From: a virus
Lineage: Duplodnaviria > Caudoviricetes
Direction: 5' to 3' (one strand)
IMG/VR virus record: IMGVR_UViG_3300030372_002552
Coordinates: 1 to 35,780 of that record
DNA: 35,780 nt
Shown: in pieces, positions 24,717-33,848 of the stretch
Numbering within the stretch: the stretch's first letter is position 1
Layout: each line of letters opens with the position of its first letter
Made by a program: the position numbers and the translations under genes
The notes under the pieces: model-generated
What the model was told of the DNA's origin: nothing
Databases searched by the model: none
The model's input: the letters and a program-made list of their open reading frames with translations, nothing else

Positions 24717-26752
24717 TAGGCTAAATTCATCCTGCTTGCCCTTTCAATAGCTGGGATAATTGCATCTATAACTGTTTCATCTACTAATGGAGCTGATATA
24801 TTTAAAGTTATACCCCTACCCTGTGGCCCATTTATATTAGGATCGCCTCCTAATGGCGTTATTTCGACAAGTTCTCGCCCAGATGGGTTATCACCTACCT
24901 GAATCATTTGTGGGCCATCTGTGACAAATTGCCCACCTGTAGCAAATGATGAAAGGCCCTTATCTATAACACCAGCTACTGTTGCACCTCCTGCGGCGGC
25001 CAATGCCAAGTTAAATGGATATGGAACACTTTTAAAAATACTTGAAATAAATCCAGCTACTGCCTCCATTGACTCAGCTCTTACAACTGCTTTAACTGCA
25101 TTTTTTGCAGATGTTTGTTGCAATGCGGCGTTTTTTAAATCGTCCATCAATTGTTGTTTTTTTAGCTTTCCTGCCTCGATTCTTGCGTTATTTTCTTTTA
25201 TAGCTTCTTCAGAAATGGGCTTTATAGAAGATAATAAGCTATTATTATCTTCAGATACTTTTCTAATTTCACCAGATTGAATACTATATTGCTCATTTAA
25301 ATGCTGTAATATTTCAGACTGATCAAATCCCATTCTTGTCATAAAATTTACACTATCTGCAAACTCACTGCTTTCCTGTGTGCCAACGTTAGTTTTATTT
25401 GAGTGACTATCTAAAGCTGTGTTTGCTTTATTAATAGCCTCTGCCTCATCCTCAAAAGCTCCTGTTAATTCTAAAATTTTACCTAACAAAAGACCTGCAC
25501 CAACGATTGCGGCTCCATACCCAGTTTTTATTAATGCCGCTTGTAGTACCTTTGTCTTTACTGAGGCAATAGTTACTGCGGTATTATATGCAATTACGGC
25601 AGTTGTCACTGCTCCAATACCCATAGCGTAATTTGCAAAAGATTCAAGTGCCTCCTCATCAATGGTATTTGTTAGTGATGTTATGTCATCCACCATGCTC
25701 CTTAATGGGCCGTCAACAAACTCAAACATTCTAAGGCCAAGGCCTTCCATAGCACTGTTTAATAATGTTAAACTACCATCAAGATTATCAAGTTGAGTCT
25801 CAGCCATTTCTTGTGCTTTTCCACCAGCTTTTTCAAAGCTATCTGCAAGGGTTGCAGTTGTGTCAACGCCATTCAGTAAAACGCCAAATGCACTTACAGC
25901 CCTTTTGTCAACCAGCTCAAGCATTTCAGTTGATCCCATGCCCATTTCAGATAATTTTTTAAAGGCTTTTTGCAGGTCATCACTTGACTTAACTGAAAAT
26001 CCAATCTTTTTGGTTAGCTTTGAATTTTCGTCACCCAGTTTTAATAAAATAGTCCTTAAAGCTGTTCCTGCTAATGATCCATCAATACCAGCATTTGCAA
26101 GAGTTCCAAGCATACCAGTAGTTGCCTCGATGTCTATACCTACTTGCCTTGCAATGGGAGCAACAAATTGCATTGAGAAAGTAAATTTTTCCATATCAAG
26201 TGCTGAACTACTAAAAGATGCGGCCATCGTGTCAGTTACTCTTGACGTTTCTGATACATCAAGGCCAAACGCTCTTAACGTTTGCCCAGCGACCATTGCA
26301 GATTGAGCAAGATCTGTACCAGATGCGGCGGCTAAAGCAAGCGTGTCTTTTGTTACGCCTTGTATTTCTTTACTTGTAAATCCAAGTTTACCAAACTCAA
26401 CGCTTAATGCGGCTACCTCTGATGCCGTAAATACAGTAGTGCTACCAAGTTGCCTTGCATTACGCTCTAATGCTTTTAACTCTTCTCCAGTTGCACCAGT
26501 AATAGCAGATAAATTGCTAATTTGCTTTTCAAAGTTTCTACCAACACTTACCACAGCAGACATTGCACGCATTGTACCAAATAGTGCACCTGTGGTAAGC
26601 CCTAAAGCGGCAATCATACCACCTAAAGATTTACTGCTTCTATTTGTGGCTCCCTCAAGGCCTCTTGTTCTTTTTTCTAACTCAGCATATTGCGTTTTTA
26701 ATTTGGCAATGCCCTTGCCCTGAAACTCTATGATCTGTTTATTTGTTGCCAC
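24716..26752 (-). CDS. Tape measure protein (TP901-family core)
   Basis: LGSTTVFTASEVA, GSLAGTALR, MAETQLDNLDG motifs; GTG start. Confidence 0.93.
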   Translation of the reverse strand: MATNKQIIEFQGKGIAKLKTQYAELEKRTRGLEGATNRSSKSLGGMIAALGLTTGALFGTMRAMSAVVSVGRNFEKQISNLSAITGATGEELKALERNARQLGSTTVFTASEVAALSVEFGKLGFTSKEIQGVTKDTLALAAASGTDLAQSAMVAGQTLRAFGLDVSETSRVTDTMAASFSSSALDMEKFTFSMQFVAPIARQVGIDIEATTGMLGTLANAGIDGSLAGTALRTILLKLGDENSKLTKKIGFSVKSSDDLQKAFKKLSEMGMGSTEMLELVDKRAVSAFGVLLNGVDTTATLADSFEKAGGKAQEMAETQLDNLDGSLTLLNSAMEGLGLRMFEFVDGPLRSMVDDITSLTNTIDEEALESFANYAMGIGAVTTAVIAYNTAVTIASVKTKVLQAALIKTGYGAAIVGAGLLLGKILELTGAFEDEAEAINKANTALDSHSNKTNVGTQESSEFADSVNFMTRMGFDQSEILQHLNEQYSIQSGEIRKVSEDNNSLLSSIKPISEEAIKENNARIEAGKLKKQQLMDDLKNAALQQTSAKNAVKAVVRAESMEAVAGFISSIFKSVPYPFNLALAAAGGATVAGVIDKGLSSFATGGQFVTDGPQMIQVGDNPSGRELVEITPLGGDPNINGPQGRGITLNISAPLVDETVIDAIIPAIERASRMNLA

Positions 26753-27185
26753 GCTTTTTCACCTTTCTAACCTCATGCTCATTTATGATTGATCTAATAA
26801 TAAAATATTTATCAATCCAAATTTTTGGCGTATTGCCATACCCCCCTTCAAACGGCGGCGTATTAGTATCTTTTGAATAAGTATAACGCCTTATATCGCT
26901 TTGTAATTTAGCATCAAGAAAGATATTTATATTTGAAAAAAACGGAATCTGTGTGTATGTATCAAGTATTGCACCTGAATTTTCTCCGTTATTATAATCT
27001 AAAGATTCATAATAAACCCTTAATAAATAATCATTTACTTGATCTTTATTGTGAAATGTAACTGTCTTTTCATCTTTTAAGACAGATATTGTAGTATATG
27101 GAAACGCCTCAAACTCAGGCCTGCTGTCTGGTGCACCTAAAAGGCTACAAACAGCGTTAATTCCAAATAACAGGCCTTCTACTCC
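26739..27185 (-). CDS. Tail assembly chaperone extension (gpT-like), reached by -1 frameshift
   Basis: Stop-free 148-codon frame with no early start codon, beginning at slippery GGGGGAG (27188-27182) and ending over the tape measure start. Confidence 0.8.
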   Translation of the reverse strand, partial: GVEGLLFGINAVCSLLGAPDSRPEFEAFPYTTISVLKDEKTVTFHNKDQVNDYLLRVYYESLDYNNGENSGAILDTYTQIPFFSNINIFLDAKLQSDIRRYTYSKDTNTPPFEGGYGNTPKIWIDKYFIIRSIINEHEVRKVKKRGNK

Positions 27186-27478
27186 CCCAAGGTCTGAGCA
27201 TCCTGTATATGAGACATTAGTTCATCTTTTTCTTCCAGAGTCATTTGTTTAATTACGGCATCTGTTGGTTGGTTGTTTACTTCTTTGTAGTTTTTAAAAT
27301 CACCACCACCAAGGCCATAACGAATCCACTGTGTGCGTGCTTTTGATGAGTTTTTAATAGTGCTAATAGCACCATCATTAAATAAGATATCAGGTATATC
27401 GGTGCACTCATCCATTTGATCAACTGTCATAGATTTAATTTGCACCTTACGGCCTGACTTTAATTTTTTTTCAGTCAT
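27179..27478 (-). CDS. Tail assembly chaperone (gpG-like)
   Basis: Lies between tail tube and tape measure; ends ...LGE* at the slippery site. Confidence 0.8.
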   Translation of the reverse strand: MTEKKLKSGRKVQIKSMTVDQMDECTDIPDILFNDGAISTIKNSSKARTQWIRYGLGGGDFKNYKEVNNQPTDAVIKQMTLEEKDELMSHIQDAQTLGE

Positions 27479-27497
27479 AGTCCCCCCATGTTTTTAT

Positions 27498-28535
27498 TTA
27501 AGACATTGTTATTACAGCAAGGCTACCACTTGCGGCGGCTCCAGTAGTTGCAGTAAATGGTATTTCTACAAACATTCCTTCATCTGCAAAATCAAGGTTA
27601 TGGCCTGTCATTCTTGCCGATGGTATGCTTATATCAAAGGTACTGCCATCATTTAATGCCAAGGCATAGGCTGTATTAGCTTTCCAGTCTGCACTTAATG
27701 CATCAGCCATGTTTGCATCATACTTCACAGTAATACTGCCACTAATGTCAAATAATCCACCTCTAACATATCCATCTGTTTCTGCACTTGTCCCTTGAAA
27801 GCCAACCCTGTTGGCCTCGTTTGAAATAGTCATTGTAAAGTCTGTACATGTTACAGCATGGCCTCCAACTGTTAAAGCACCTGATGCAAAATCAAAAATA
27901 CTCTTTTCAAAGTTTGATGCTGTTGTGGCTCCTGTTACTCCAGAGTTTTTAATAATTGGAGCGTATCCAGACATAAATTGACCACTTGCGTGCATACGAC
28001 CTGCATCAGTTCCCATTGAAAATGACAGCGTAAGATTCTGTAAAACGGCTGAGTGCATAATCTGATCATCTGCATCAAGGCCTGTGTTGCTTGTTCCTGC
28101 CTCTAATAAAATGATACCAACATTGTCAGATCCTGAACTTTTACCATGAGACAAATCCTCAAATGCATCATGCACACCAGAGTTAATATCAATAGCACCA
28201 GTGCAATCTGCTACGCCTGTTGCAAGGCTTAATAATGTTTGTAGCATTACTTCATTTTCTACAAGATAATCAAAATCCCACGTCCATACTCCAGAGCCAT
28301 AATGTCTAATAAAATCTCCATCTTCATACGCTCTTCTGCCAGACCTCATAACAGATGCATTAGTAAATGCGGCATCATAGTTAATATTATTTAACTGATT
28401 TAAACGCATAAACAATCTTGATCCAGATACGAAATCATCATCAGCAAGACTCCCATCTCCACCAATATTTAATACGTTTATATCTTGCTTACCTACAATA
28501 CATTTATACTCTCTACCTGATGCATTAGTTGCCAT
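27498..28535 (-). CDS. Major tail tube protein
   Basis: 345 aa, typical position; ISGSITVKYD and EIPFTA motifs. Confidence 0.8.
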   Translation of the reverse strand: MATNASGREYKCIVGKQDINVLNIGGDGSLADDDFVSGSRLFMRLNQLNNINYDAAFTNASVMRSGRRAYEDGDFIRHYGSGVWTWDFDYLVENEVMLQTLLSLATGVADCTGAIDINSGVHDAFEDLSHGKSSGSDNVGIILLEAGTSNTGLDADDQIMHSAVLQNLTLSFSMGTDAGRMHASGQFMSGYAPIIKNSGVTGATTASNFEKSIFDFASGALTVGGHAVTCTDFTMTISNEANRVGFQGTSAETDGYVRGGLFDISGSITVKYDANMADALSADWKANTAYALALNDGSTFDISIPSARMTGHNLDFADEGMFVEIPFTATTGAAASGSLAVITMS

Positions 28536-28547
28536 ACCAATACTCCT

Positions 28548-28736
28548 TTAAACCTCTTTTATTAGTTGATTAACAAGCAAATATCTCATTTGCTTTTCAG
28601 GGACATTTTTAAGCTCATCAGCTTTTCCCTGTGTCAACGCCTTATACTGATCTTTACTCAGCAATCCCTCACCAGACATAACTTTTTTAAACATCTTTGT
28701 GGCCTTATAGGCCTTTTTCTTTACAGATTTACTCAT
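28548..28736 (-). CDS. Small basic hypothetical protein
   Basis: 62-aa ORF within the tail operon; its 3' end supplies the SD for the tube gene. Confidence 0.6.
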   Translation of the reverse strand: MSKSVKKKAYKATKMFKKVMSGEGLLSKDQYKALTQGKADELKNVPEKQMRYLLVNQLIKEV

Positions 28737-28756
28737 GCTATTGCCCTTAATTTAAT

Positions 28757-29212
28757 TTAATCTGCTCTACTTAACCTACAAGAAAAAGCAAATCTGGCAA
28801 CATGTAGTCCATCCACCTCTTCTTCATCCTCTACAAACTCGTTAAATAATACCTCACTAACTTCACCATCATGCCAAGGAAATGTAGCCGCATCAATCGT
28901 TTTATTATTAAAAAGCAACTGATTTAAACGCTCTGCATCTGAATAAAACTGCTCGTAAAACCTTTCATCTGCTTTTTCACCCATGACATATAAAACGATT
29001 TCTGTATTGTAAACTTTTCGCCATTCATTAGCCATCATCAAATCTGTTTCCATACTCGTGCCCCAGAGCCTAATTGAAAAAGATCCCATGTCTCTATATG
29101 ATGGCGAAATATAAACTGTACAAGGTCTATCGGTTGTAATAATACTACGCAACTTTTTTAAAACATTATCATAAAAAACATTGCCGTAGCTTGTGCCCAG
29201 TACGAGGCCCAT
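28757..29212 (-). CDS. Putative tail terminator/completion protein
   Basis: 151 aa; position and alpha/beta pattern. Confidence 0.55.
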   Translation of the reverse strand: MGLVLGTSYGNVFYDNVLKKLRSIITTDRPCTVYISPSYRDMGSFSIRLWGTSMETDLMMANEWRKVYNTEIVLYVMGEKADERFYEQFYSDAERLNQLLFNNKTIDAATFPWHDGEVSEVLFNEFVEDEEEVDGLHVARFAFSCRLSRAD

Positions 29213-30235
29213 TTACATCCTCATTTTTCTGTGGCCAACTCTATGAAATCCGCCCTGATGCCGCATTTTACCAACATGATAAGATCCACGAGTCATGTTT
29301 ATATTGCCAACGTTGCTAACCCTTACATCCTCCCCAACGCCATAAACCTCTATTTCCCACTCATCATTGGCATTAGCAGTAGATGAGTCAGTAGCACCTG
29401 CAAATCTAATTTCTAAACCGCCAGCACATTGTTGATAATCGCCGTTGATTGTTTCAGCGTTTACAACTTGAGTGGCCTTTAAGTCAGTTGATGATTTTTC
29501 AAATACTGAATAAGTTGCTGTTCCAATTGCTCCAGAGTCTACAATAACTATTTTAATAAGATCATAAGTACCAGAATAAGAGCCCCTTGTCTGGATGGGC
29601 CTTACCTTACCAGAGGTATATGAAACGTCCCTTATAACACCATACGGAGAATCCCCTGTAACTGACGTAGGCAATTGTATCTCTCCTGTCCTCAATCCAT
29701 CAAGATACTCTTTTGCCTCTTCCATAAACGCATTACCAACGTCATCCATAGGATCTTCAGCTTTTATCATCATCGCTACGGCCACCAATGCAGTTGTGCG
29801 TTTAATTATATATGGGTAAAGCCCTTCTCTATCCAGACTTATTTCAGATGCCAGTCTTGAATCAAGTTTAGATTCAACGTATCTGCTGGCATTTCTTCTA
29901 TATCTTTGCGTAAATGTTGCGGCATCCTCACCAGCCTCCATTACCATATCGTTTGGAGTTGCTAAATCATTATAATAATAAACCGCATCTAATGATGATT
30001 CATAAAACCACTCATCATTTGCGTTTACCTCTCCAGAGTTAGCCTGTGCTGATCCCAAATCCTTACCATTGGCAAACAGCCCTGTGGTCAATCCTGCGTT
30101 ATCAGCCCTATATAAACTGCCGCTATGCACCACCCATCCATAAACTCTCGTTTTAGAATCTGAGGATTTTACTTGTGGATAAACGTCAAAAATATCACGA
30201 TCTGTACAATATTCAATTGTTGATGTTAAAGCCAT
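29213..30235 (-). CDS. Putative head-tail adaptor with extra domains
   Basis: YCTDRDI start; ASRYVESKL...YP.IIK...A..YLD.LR.GEI adaptor-like motifs. Confidence 0.6.
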   Translation of the reverse strand: MALTSTIEYCTDRDIFDVYPQVKSSDSKTRVYGWVVHSGSLYRADNAGLTTGLFANGKDLGSAQANSGEVNANDEWFYESSLDAVYYYNDLATPNDMVMEAGEDAATFTQRYRRNASRYVESKLDSRLASEISLDREGLYPYIIKRTTALVAVAMMIKAEDPMDDVGNAFMEEAKEYLDGLRTGEIQLPTSVTGDSPYGVIRDVSYTSGKVRPIQTRGSYSGTYDLIKIVIVDSGAIGTATYSVFEKSSTDLKATQVVNAETINGDYQQCAGGLEIRFAGATDSSTANANDEWEIEVYGVGEDVRVSNVGNINMTRGSYHVGKMRHQGGFHRVGHRKMRM

Positions 30236-30417
30236 TATCTGCCTACTTTTTTCATTGCCCTCTTATGTGAGTTTGTAAACGTACTACCTTTTCTCATAGC
30301 TGTTACCATTACTCTAATGTGTTTTCGTGTATGATGTCTGGCATGCCTACGCATAGCAGTTACTTGCCTCTTATTCAGGCCATTTACACTTACACCTTTT
30401 ACTTTAGTGACAGCCAT
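30235..30417 (-). CDS. Basic His/Arg-rich mini-protein
   Basis: RRHARHHTRKH...HKRAMKKVGR. Confidence 0.75.
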   Translation of the reverse strand: MAVTKVKGVSVNGLNKRQVTAMRRHARHHTRKHIRVMVTAMRKGSTFTNSHKRAMKKVGR

Positions 30418-30515
30418 TAATACTTTCTCATTTTACGCTTTTTCTTACCCTTCATCCCTTTTTTCTTTTTAGGTCGGCCTCTTTTAGATCCATAACTTCC
30501 TTTACCCATTGGCAT
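30417..30515 (-). CDS. 32-aa AT-hook/protamine-like peptide (not in ORF track)
   Basis: MPMGKGSYGSKRGRPKKKKGMKGKKKRKMRKY; AAGGGG SD; TAATG coupling. Confidence 0.75.
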   Translation of the reverse strand: MPMGKGSYGSKRGRPKKKKGMKGKKKRKMRKY

Positions 30516-30533
30516 ATTATACCCCTTTTTTTA

Positions 30534-30692
30534 TTAGTCTAATTTATCAAGAATTTTCTTTATTTCCTGTACCGCCTTATCGTCTTTTTTTGACGGCGTT
30601 ACTTTTGCAATCATAGAAATGAGGCCCAACATTACATGCTTTAAACCTTTTTTCTTTACTTGCCTTCTAATGTAGCTACTTAACAAGCTCAT
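30534..30692 (-). CDS. 52-aa hypothetical, possibly membrane-associated (not in ORF track)
   Basis: MSLLSSYIRRQVKKKGLKHVMLGLISMIAKVTPSKKDDKAVQEIKKILDKLD; SD GGAGGT. Confidence 0.7.
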   Translation of the reverse strand: MSLLSSYIRRQVKKKGLKHVMLGLISMIAKVTPSKKDDKAVQEIKKILDKLD

Positions 30693-30837
30693 CTGACCTC
30701 CCCATTGCCTTATATAAGGCTGTTTTTATTGATGTCCATAGTAAATCATCCCAAGTGCTTGGGCTTAACGCTACGGCTTTATCTATCGCCATTATACCAA
30801 TAACGACATATTCCCAGTTTTCAACCATCCAGTTCAT
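30676..30837 (-). CDS. 53-aa holin-like membrane peptide (not in ORF track)
   Basis: MNWMVENWEYVVIGIMAIDKAVALSPSTWDDLLWTSIKTALYKAMGRSDELVK; SD AAGGAG; ATGA coupling. Confidence 0.65.
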   Translation of the reverse strand: MNWMVENWEYVVIGIMAIDKAVALSPSTWDDLLWTSIKTALYKAMGRSDELVK

Positions 30838-31082
30838 CTGGCTCTCCTTACTCTTTTTGCAACCCTCTTTGTGTACTTAGCCTTTGCCTTGCCTTTTTTA
30901 TTAGCCGCCCTTTTCTTTCTGTTTTCATACGCTTTTTGAGATGCAGTTAAACTTTTTCTTACGCTTGCAGGTAAATACCTACCTCTTTTACGGCGTGGCT
31001 TTTTAGAATCACCTTTTGATACATAGCCCCAGTCTTGTTTTGTCCATTTTTTTAAACTTTTTTGAGATTTTTTTAATGCCAT
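30834..31082 (-). CDS. Highly basic mini-protein
   Basis: Likely start MALKKSQKSLKKWTKQDW at 31082; RYLP motif. Confidence 0.75.
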   Translation of the reverse strand: MALKKSQKSLKKWTKQDWGYVSKGDSKKPRRKRGRYLPASVRKSLTASQKAYENRKKRAANKKGKAKAKYTKRVAKRVRRAR

Positions 31083-31083
31083 T

Positions 31084-31281
31084 TTATTTGTAACCACCGC
31101 CTGCTTTTTTATACTCCCTCGCAAGTAATTGGGCTTTTCTTCCTGACCATTTTCCACGCCTTCCCCCACGAGATCCAGCAAGAATTTTTTTAAATAATCT
31201 TTTTCTCATTGCAGGCTTAGTGTAATTACCTGCGGCATTTACAGTTGATTTCTTACGCTTTCTTGTCTTTTTCCTTGGCAT
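31084..31281 (-). CDS. Highly basic mini-protein (DUF5872-like)
   Basis: NYTKP.MRKRL...GKWSGRKAQLLAREYKKAGGGYK. Confidence 0.75.
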   Translation of the reverse strand: MPRKKTRKRKKSTVNAAGNYTKPAMRKRLFKKILAGSRGGRRGKWSGRKAQLLAREYKKAGGGYK

Positions 31282-31284
31282 ATT

Positions 31285-31569
31285 CTACCACTTAACCTTA
31301 TTTGCCCAATAAGCCGCCGACATCTTTCCCCTTGCAATGTTCTTACGATGTCTGGCCTTAAAAGACTTTCTTTTAGCTTTAGTTCTTGCAGATTCGCCCT
31401 TTTTTGGCTTTCCTGCTGTCTTGGCCCCCTGCATACCGAATCTGATTAATTTAACCCTACTACCGCTTTTTGCGAGCACTACATGGCTTTTAGTTTTATG
31501 GCTTGGCGTTCTTTTAGGCTTATTAAAGCCACTAAGGCCAAACCTTTTTAGTCTTGGATCTCTTGCCAT
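31285..31569 (-). CDS. Highly basic conserved phage protein
   Basis: NKPKRTP.H.TKSHVVLAK....KLIRFG.QG...RKSFKARH...SAAYWA.KVKW. Confidence 0.8.
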   Translation of the reverse strand: MARDPRLKRFGLSGFNKPKRTPSHKTKSHVVLAKSGSRVKLIRFGMQGAKTAGKPKKGESARTKAKRKSFKARHRKNIARGKMSAAYWANKVKW

Positions 31570-31570
31570 T

Positions 31571-31795
31571 CTATTTAAGGTATGCCACCAATCCTATAAA
31601 TATTGTTAAAACACTGCCCACCAGAGCAGTCATGCCTTTCATATATGCAAAACCTGTTTCCAGAGTGTTTACACGCCCCATATTATGCGTTAATGTCCTA
31701 TCAATAGACTTTAGGCGTGAAAAGATCTCATCCAGCTTTGCACCATGCTCTGCTAATGTAGCAATAACCTCTTTGTTAAATTCTTCTGATTTCAT
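31571..31795 (-). CDS. Coiled-coil protein with C-terminal TM helix (holin/XhlA-like)
   Basis: ATGA-coupled to the endolysin stop; C-terminal hydrophobic helix. Confidence 0.6.
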   Translation of the reverse strand: MKSEEFNKEVIATLAEHGAKLDEIFSRLKSIDRTLTHNMGRVNTLETGFAYMKGMTALVGSVLTIFIGLVAYLK

Positions 31796-32280
31796 ACAGA
31801 GTTGCACCTTCTATACCAGCCATAATAATATTTTTCATATTTATCTGGTCGTTTCAAAACGATGGATGCATAATGCATAAGTCTGAAAGCCCTAAACCTT
31901 TCAACCTCTACATTTTGCACAGCCTTAATAGTATTAGGGCCAATCCTACCATCTACAGATATTGATTTACCTTTTCCATTTTTATGGTTGGCCGCTTTTT
32001 GTAAAATCTTTGTTGCACGAGATCTGCCCTGATTTACAACGCAATCAAAAAATGCCTCCTGTAAATGATCTGGTAGCTTATCGCATTTTGATGGCTTGTA
32101 ATATTGATCTCTGTAAATATCAATGGCCTTACGCTTTGTAAGTGCTTTGATATCGTCAGCACTCATATCAGTTCCATGCTCACTAATGCCATATTTAGTA
32201 GTACCACCAGTATCTACTACAATTTTTTCGCCACCCTCACGCTCAATCAATGGCTCTATAAAATCATCAAATTTGCTCAT
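31792..32280 (-). CDS. Endolysin, glycoside hydrolase family 108 with peptidoglycan-binding region
   Basis: REGG, DTGGTTKYGIS, FDCVVNQG, VDGRIGPNT, GWYRR. Confidence 0.92.
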   Translation of the reverse strand: MSKFDDFIEPLIEREGGEKIVVDTGGTTKYGISEHGTDMSADDIKALTKRKAIDIYRDQYYKPSKCDKLPDHLQEAFFDCVVNQGRSRATKILQKAANHKNGKGKSISVDGRIGPNTIKAVQNVEVERFRAFRLMHYASIVLKRPDKYEKYYYGWYRRCNSV

Positions 32281-32684
32281 GCAAACTCTCCTACAGATTC
32301 GTTTACGTCTTTATCCTTAATGTAACAGGCCGCTAATATAGTCTCATAATTATTTGCCTTGGCTGGTAACATAGGATATCTATATTTTACAACGTTTAGC
32401 CAATGTTTGACCATTAGCTTTTTATCATCTGGATATACACCAAAATAATCCATCCATTCAGCAGACTCTATTATTTTATAATCCCAATGAAATACATCAA
32501 AAATGCCTGACCATCTGCCAATATCATACAGATCACCATTGTCAATAATAACACACTTTGCTCTTAGATATTTATAACGTCTAAATATTTCAAGGCTAAA
32601 GCTGTCATTTAAATAATAAAATGAATGATTAGTATTATGAATAATTGATATTGTTTGATTAGGCACTACAGCAAGATAGATCAC
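32277..32684 (-). CDS. Hypothetical protein
   Basis: 135 aa, GTG start, coupled by overlaps at both ends. Confidence 0.6.
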   Translation of the reverse strand: MIYLAVVPNQTISIIHNTNHSFYYLNDSFSLEIFRRYKYLRAKCVIIDNGDLYDIGRWSGIFDVFHWDYKIIESAEWMDYFGVYPDDKKLMVKHWLNVVKYRYPMLPAKANNYETILAACYIKDKDVNESVGEFA

Positions 32685-32950
32685 ACTTCTTCCCCTAATG
32701 TTTTTATAACGCCATCTGTGATCGTATGCGTGCCAACCTGAAAGCGGCCATGTACATCATCGTAATGCTTTTGGCACTCTGTAGTGTATCTATCTTCTGC
32801 CGTTAGAAGATTGTCTGTCCTAAGTATAATACCGCCATCTGACCATACAACATATTTTTTTGCTGTATCAGTTGGTATGTCCTGATCAAAGTCATACGGC
32901 TTAAAAAAGATTTTTACATCTTTACCTTTATGTGATTTTCTATATAGGAT
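32681..32950 (-). CDS. 89-codon ORF lacking a canonical start (ATC start or read-through)
   Basis: ILYRKSHKGKDVKIFFKPYDFDQ...TLGEEV*; in frame directly after the TAA of the upstream gene; GTGA-coupled downstream. Confidence 0.6.
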   Translation of the reverse strand: MLYRKSHKGKDVKIFFKPYDFDQDIPTDTAKKYVVWSDGGIILRTDNLLTAEDRYTTECQKHYDDVHGRFQVGTHTITDGVIKTLGEEV

Positions 32951-33184
32951 TTATTCCTCTTCTTTTCCCTCTTTGAAACCTTCTACAGCGATTGCCTGAT
33001 AATGATCACGAAGTACAACGCTATCATTTAAGGATGCGTTTAAACGCCCTATCTCTGCGTTTAAGGCATTAACTTTCTCACAGGCATATATTTGCTCACC
33101 TGACAGCTCATCTGCTGTTTTTTCGACCTGTTTACCATCCTCAAAGGCCATTGTATATTTTCTTGGTTCTTGCTGTTCGCTCAT
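32951..33184 (-). CDS. Small coiled-coil protein (fibre-associated)
   Basis: 77 aa; SD AGGAG. Confidence 0.7.
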   Translation of the reverse strand: MSEQQEPRKYTMAFEDGKQVEKTADELSGEQIYACEKVNALNAEIGRLNASLNDSVVLRDHYQAIAVEGFKEGKEEE

Positions 33185-33525
33185 TATTTGTCTCCTGCGT
33201 TATTTATTTTATTTAAATCTGCTAACAATGTTTGAAAATCTGCAACCTCTGAGTCAATGCGTGCTTTCTCTTCCTTCTTGCTTTTTAACTGACTTTCAAC
33301 AGACTTTAAATCAATTCTTTGCACCTGATCTTTTAAAGCCTCGCCTGTAGCTGGATCAAATCTTTTTGAAACAATTTGTAATTCTTCATGTGATTGCTCT
33401 GGCTGATGTGCTCTTATTATGTTTTGAGATTCATCTGTTATCTCACGCACCTCTTCACGATCTACAACCTTTTTCTTTCTTACAATTACTTTACTTTTTG
33501 CTTTTAATGTTTTATAACCTAACAT
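33184..33525 (-). CDS. Hypothetical protein (fibre-associated)
   Basis: 113 aa; SD AAGGAGG; KRFDPATGE motif and coiled coil. Confidence 0.7.
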   Translation of the reverse strand: MLGYKTLKAKSKVIVRKKKVVDREEVREITDESQNIIRAHQPEQSHEELQIVSKRFDPATGEALKDQVQRIDLKSVESQLKSKKEEKARIDSEVADFQTLLADLNKINNAGDK

Positions 33526-33543
33526 TAATCCTCCTTAAATTAT

Positions 33544-33807
33544 TTAATCTTCTCCAGATTCTTCTTCTGGTTTAGGTTTACTATCTTCATACGCTTTTTT
33601 GATTTCATCAGTCCATAATGCACCAGCTAATGCTTTTAATTCATCAGACTCACCACTTACATCTGCATCTGGCATAAATGAATTTCTATGATATGAAAAT
33701 GATATTTCCTTACCATCTTCTTCAATAGATGTTTTACAGCGTTCTTGAATACATTTGTATTCTCCACGCACTTCATAATCGTATGTTTTTTTCTTTTCTA
33801 AAGCCAT
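33544..33807 (-). CDS. Putative fibre assembly/chaperone protein
   Basis: IQ.R.KT.IEEDG.EIS.SYHR...PD.DVSGE...LWT motif, typical downstream of fibres ending in a DYEEGTFTP domain. Confidence 0.65.
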   Translation of the reverse strand: MALEKKKTYDYEVRGEYKCIQERCKTSIEEDGKEISFSYHRNSFMPDADVSGESDELKALAGALWTDEIKKAYEDSKPKPEEESGED

Positions 33808-33848
33808 TTTAACTCCTTGTTAGTTCCACTTAATTATCCAATTAAGAC

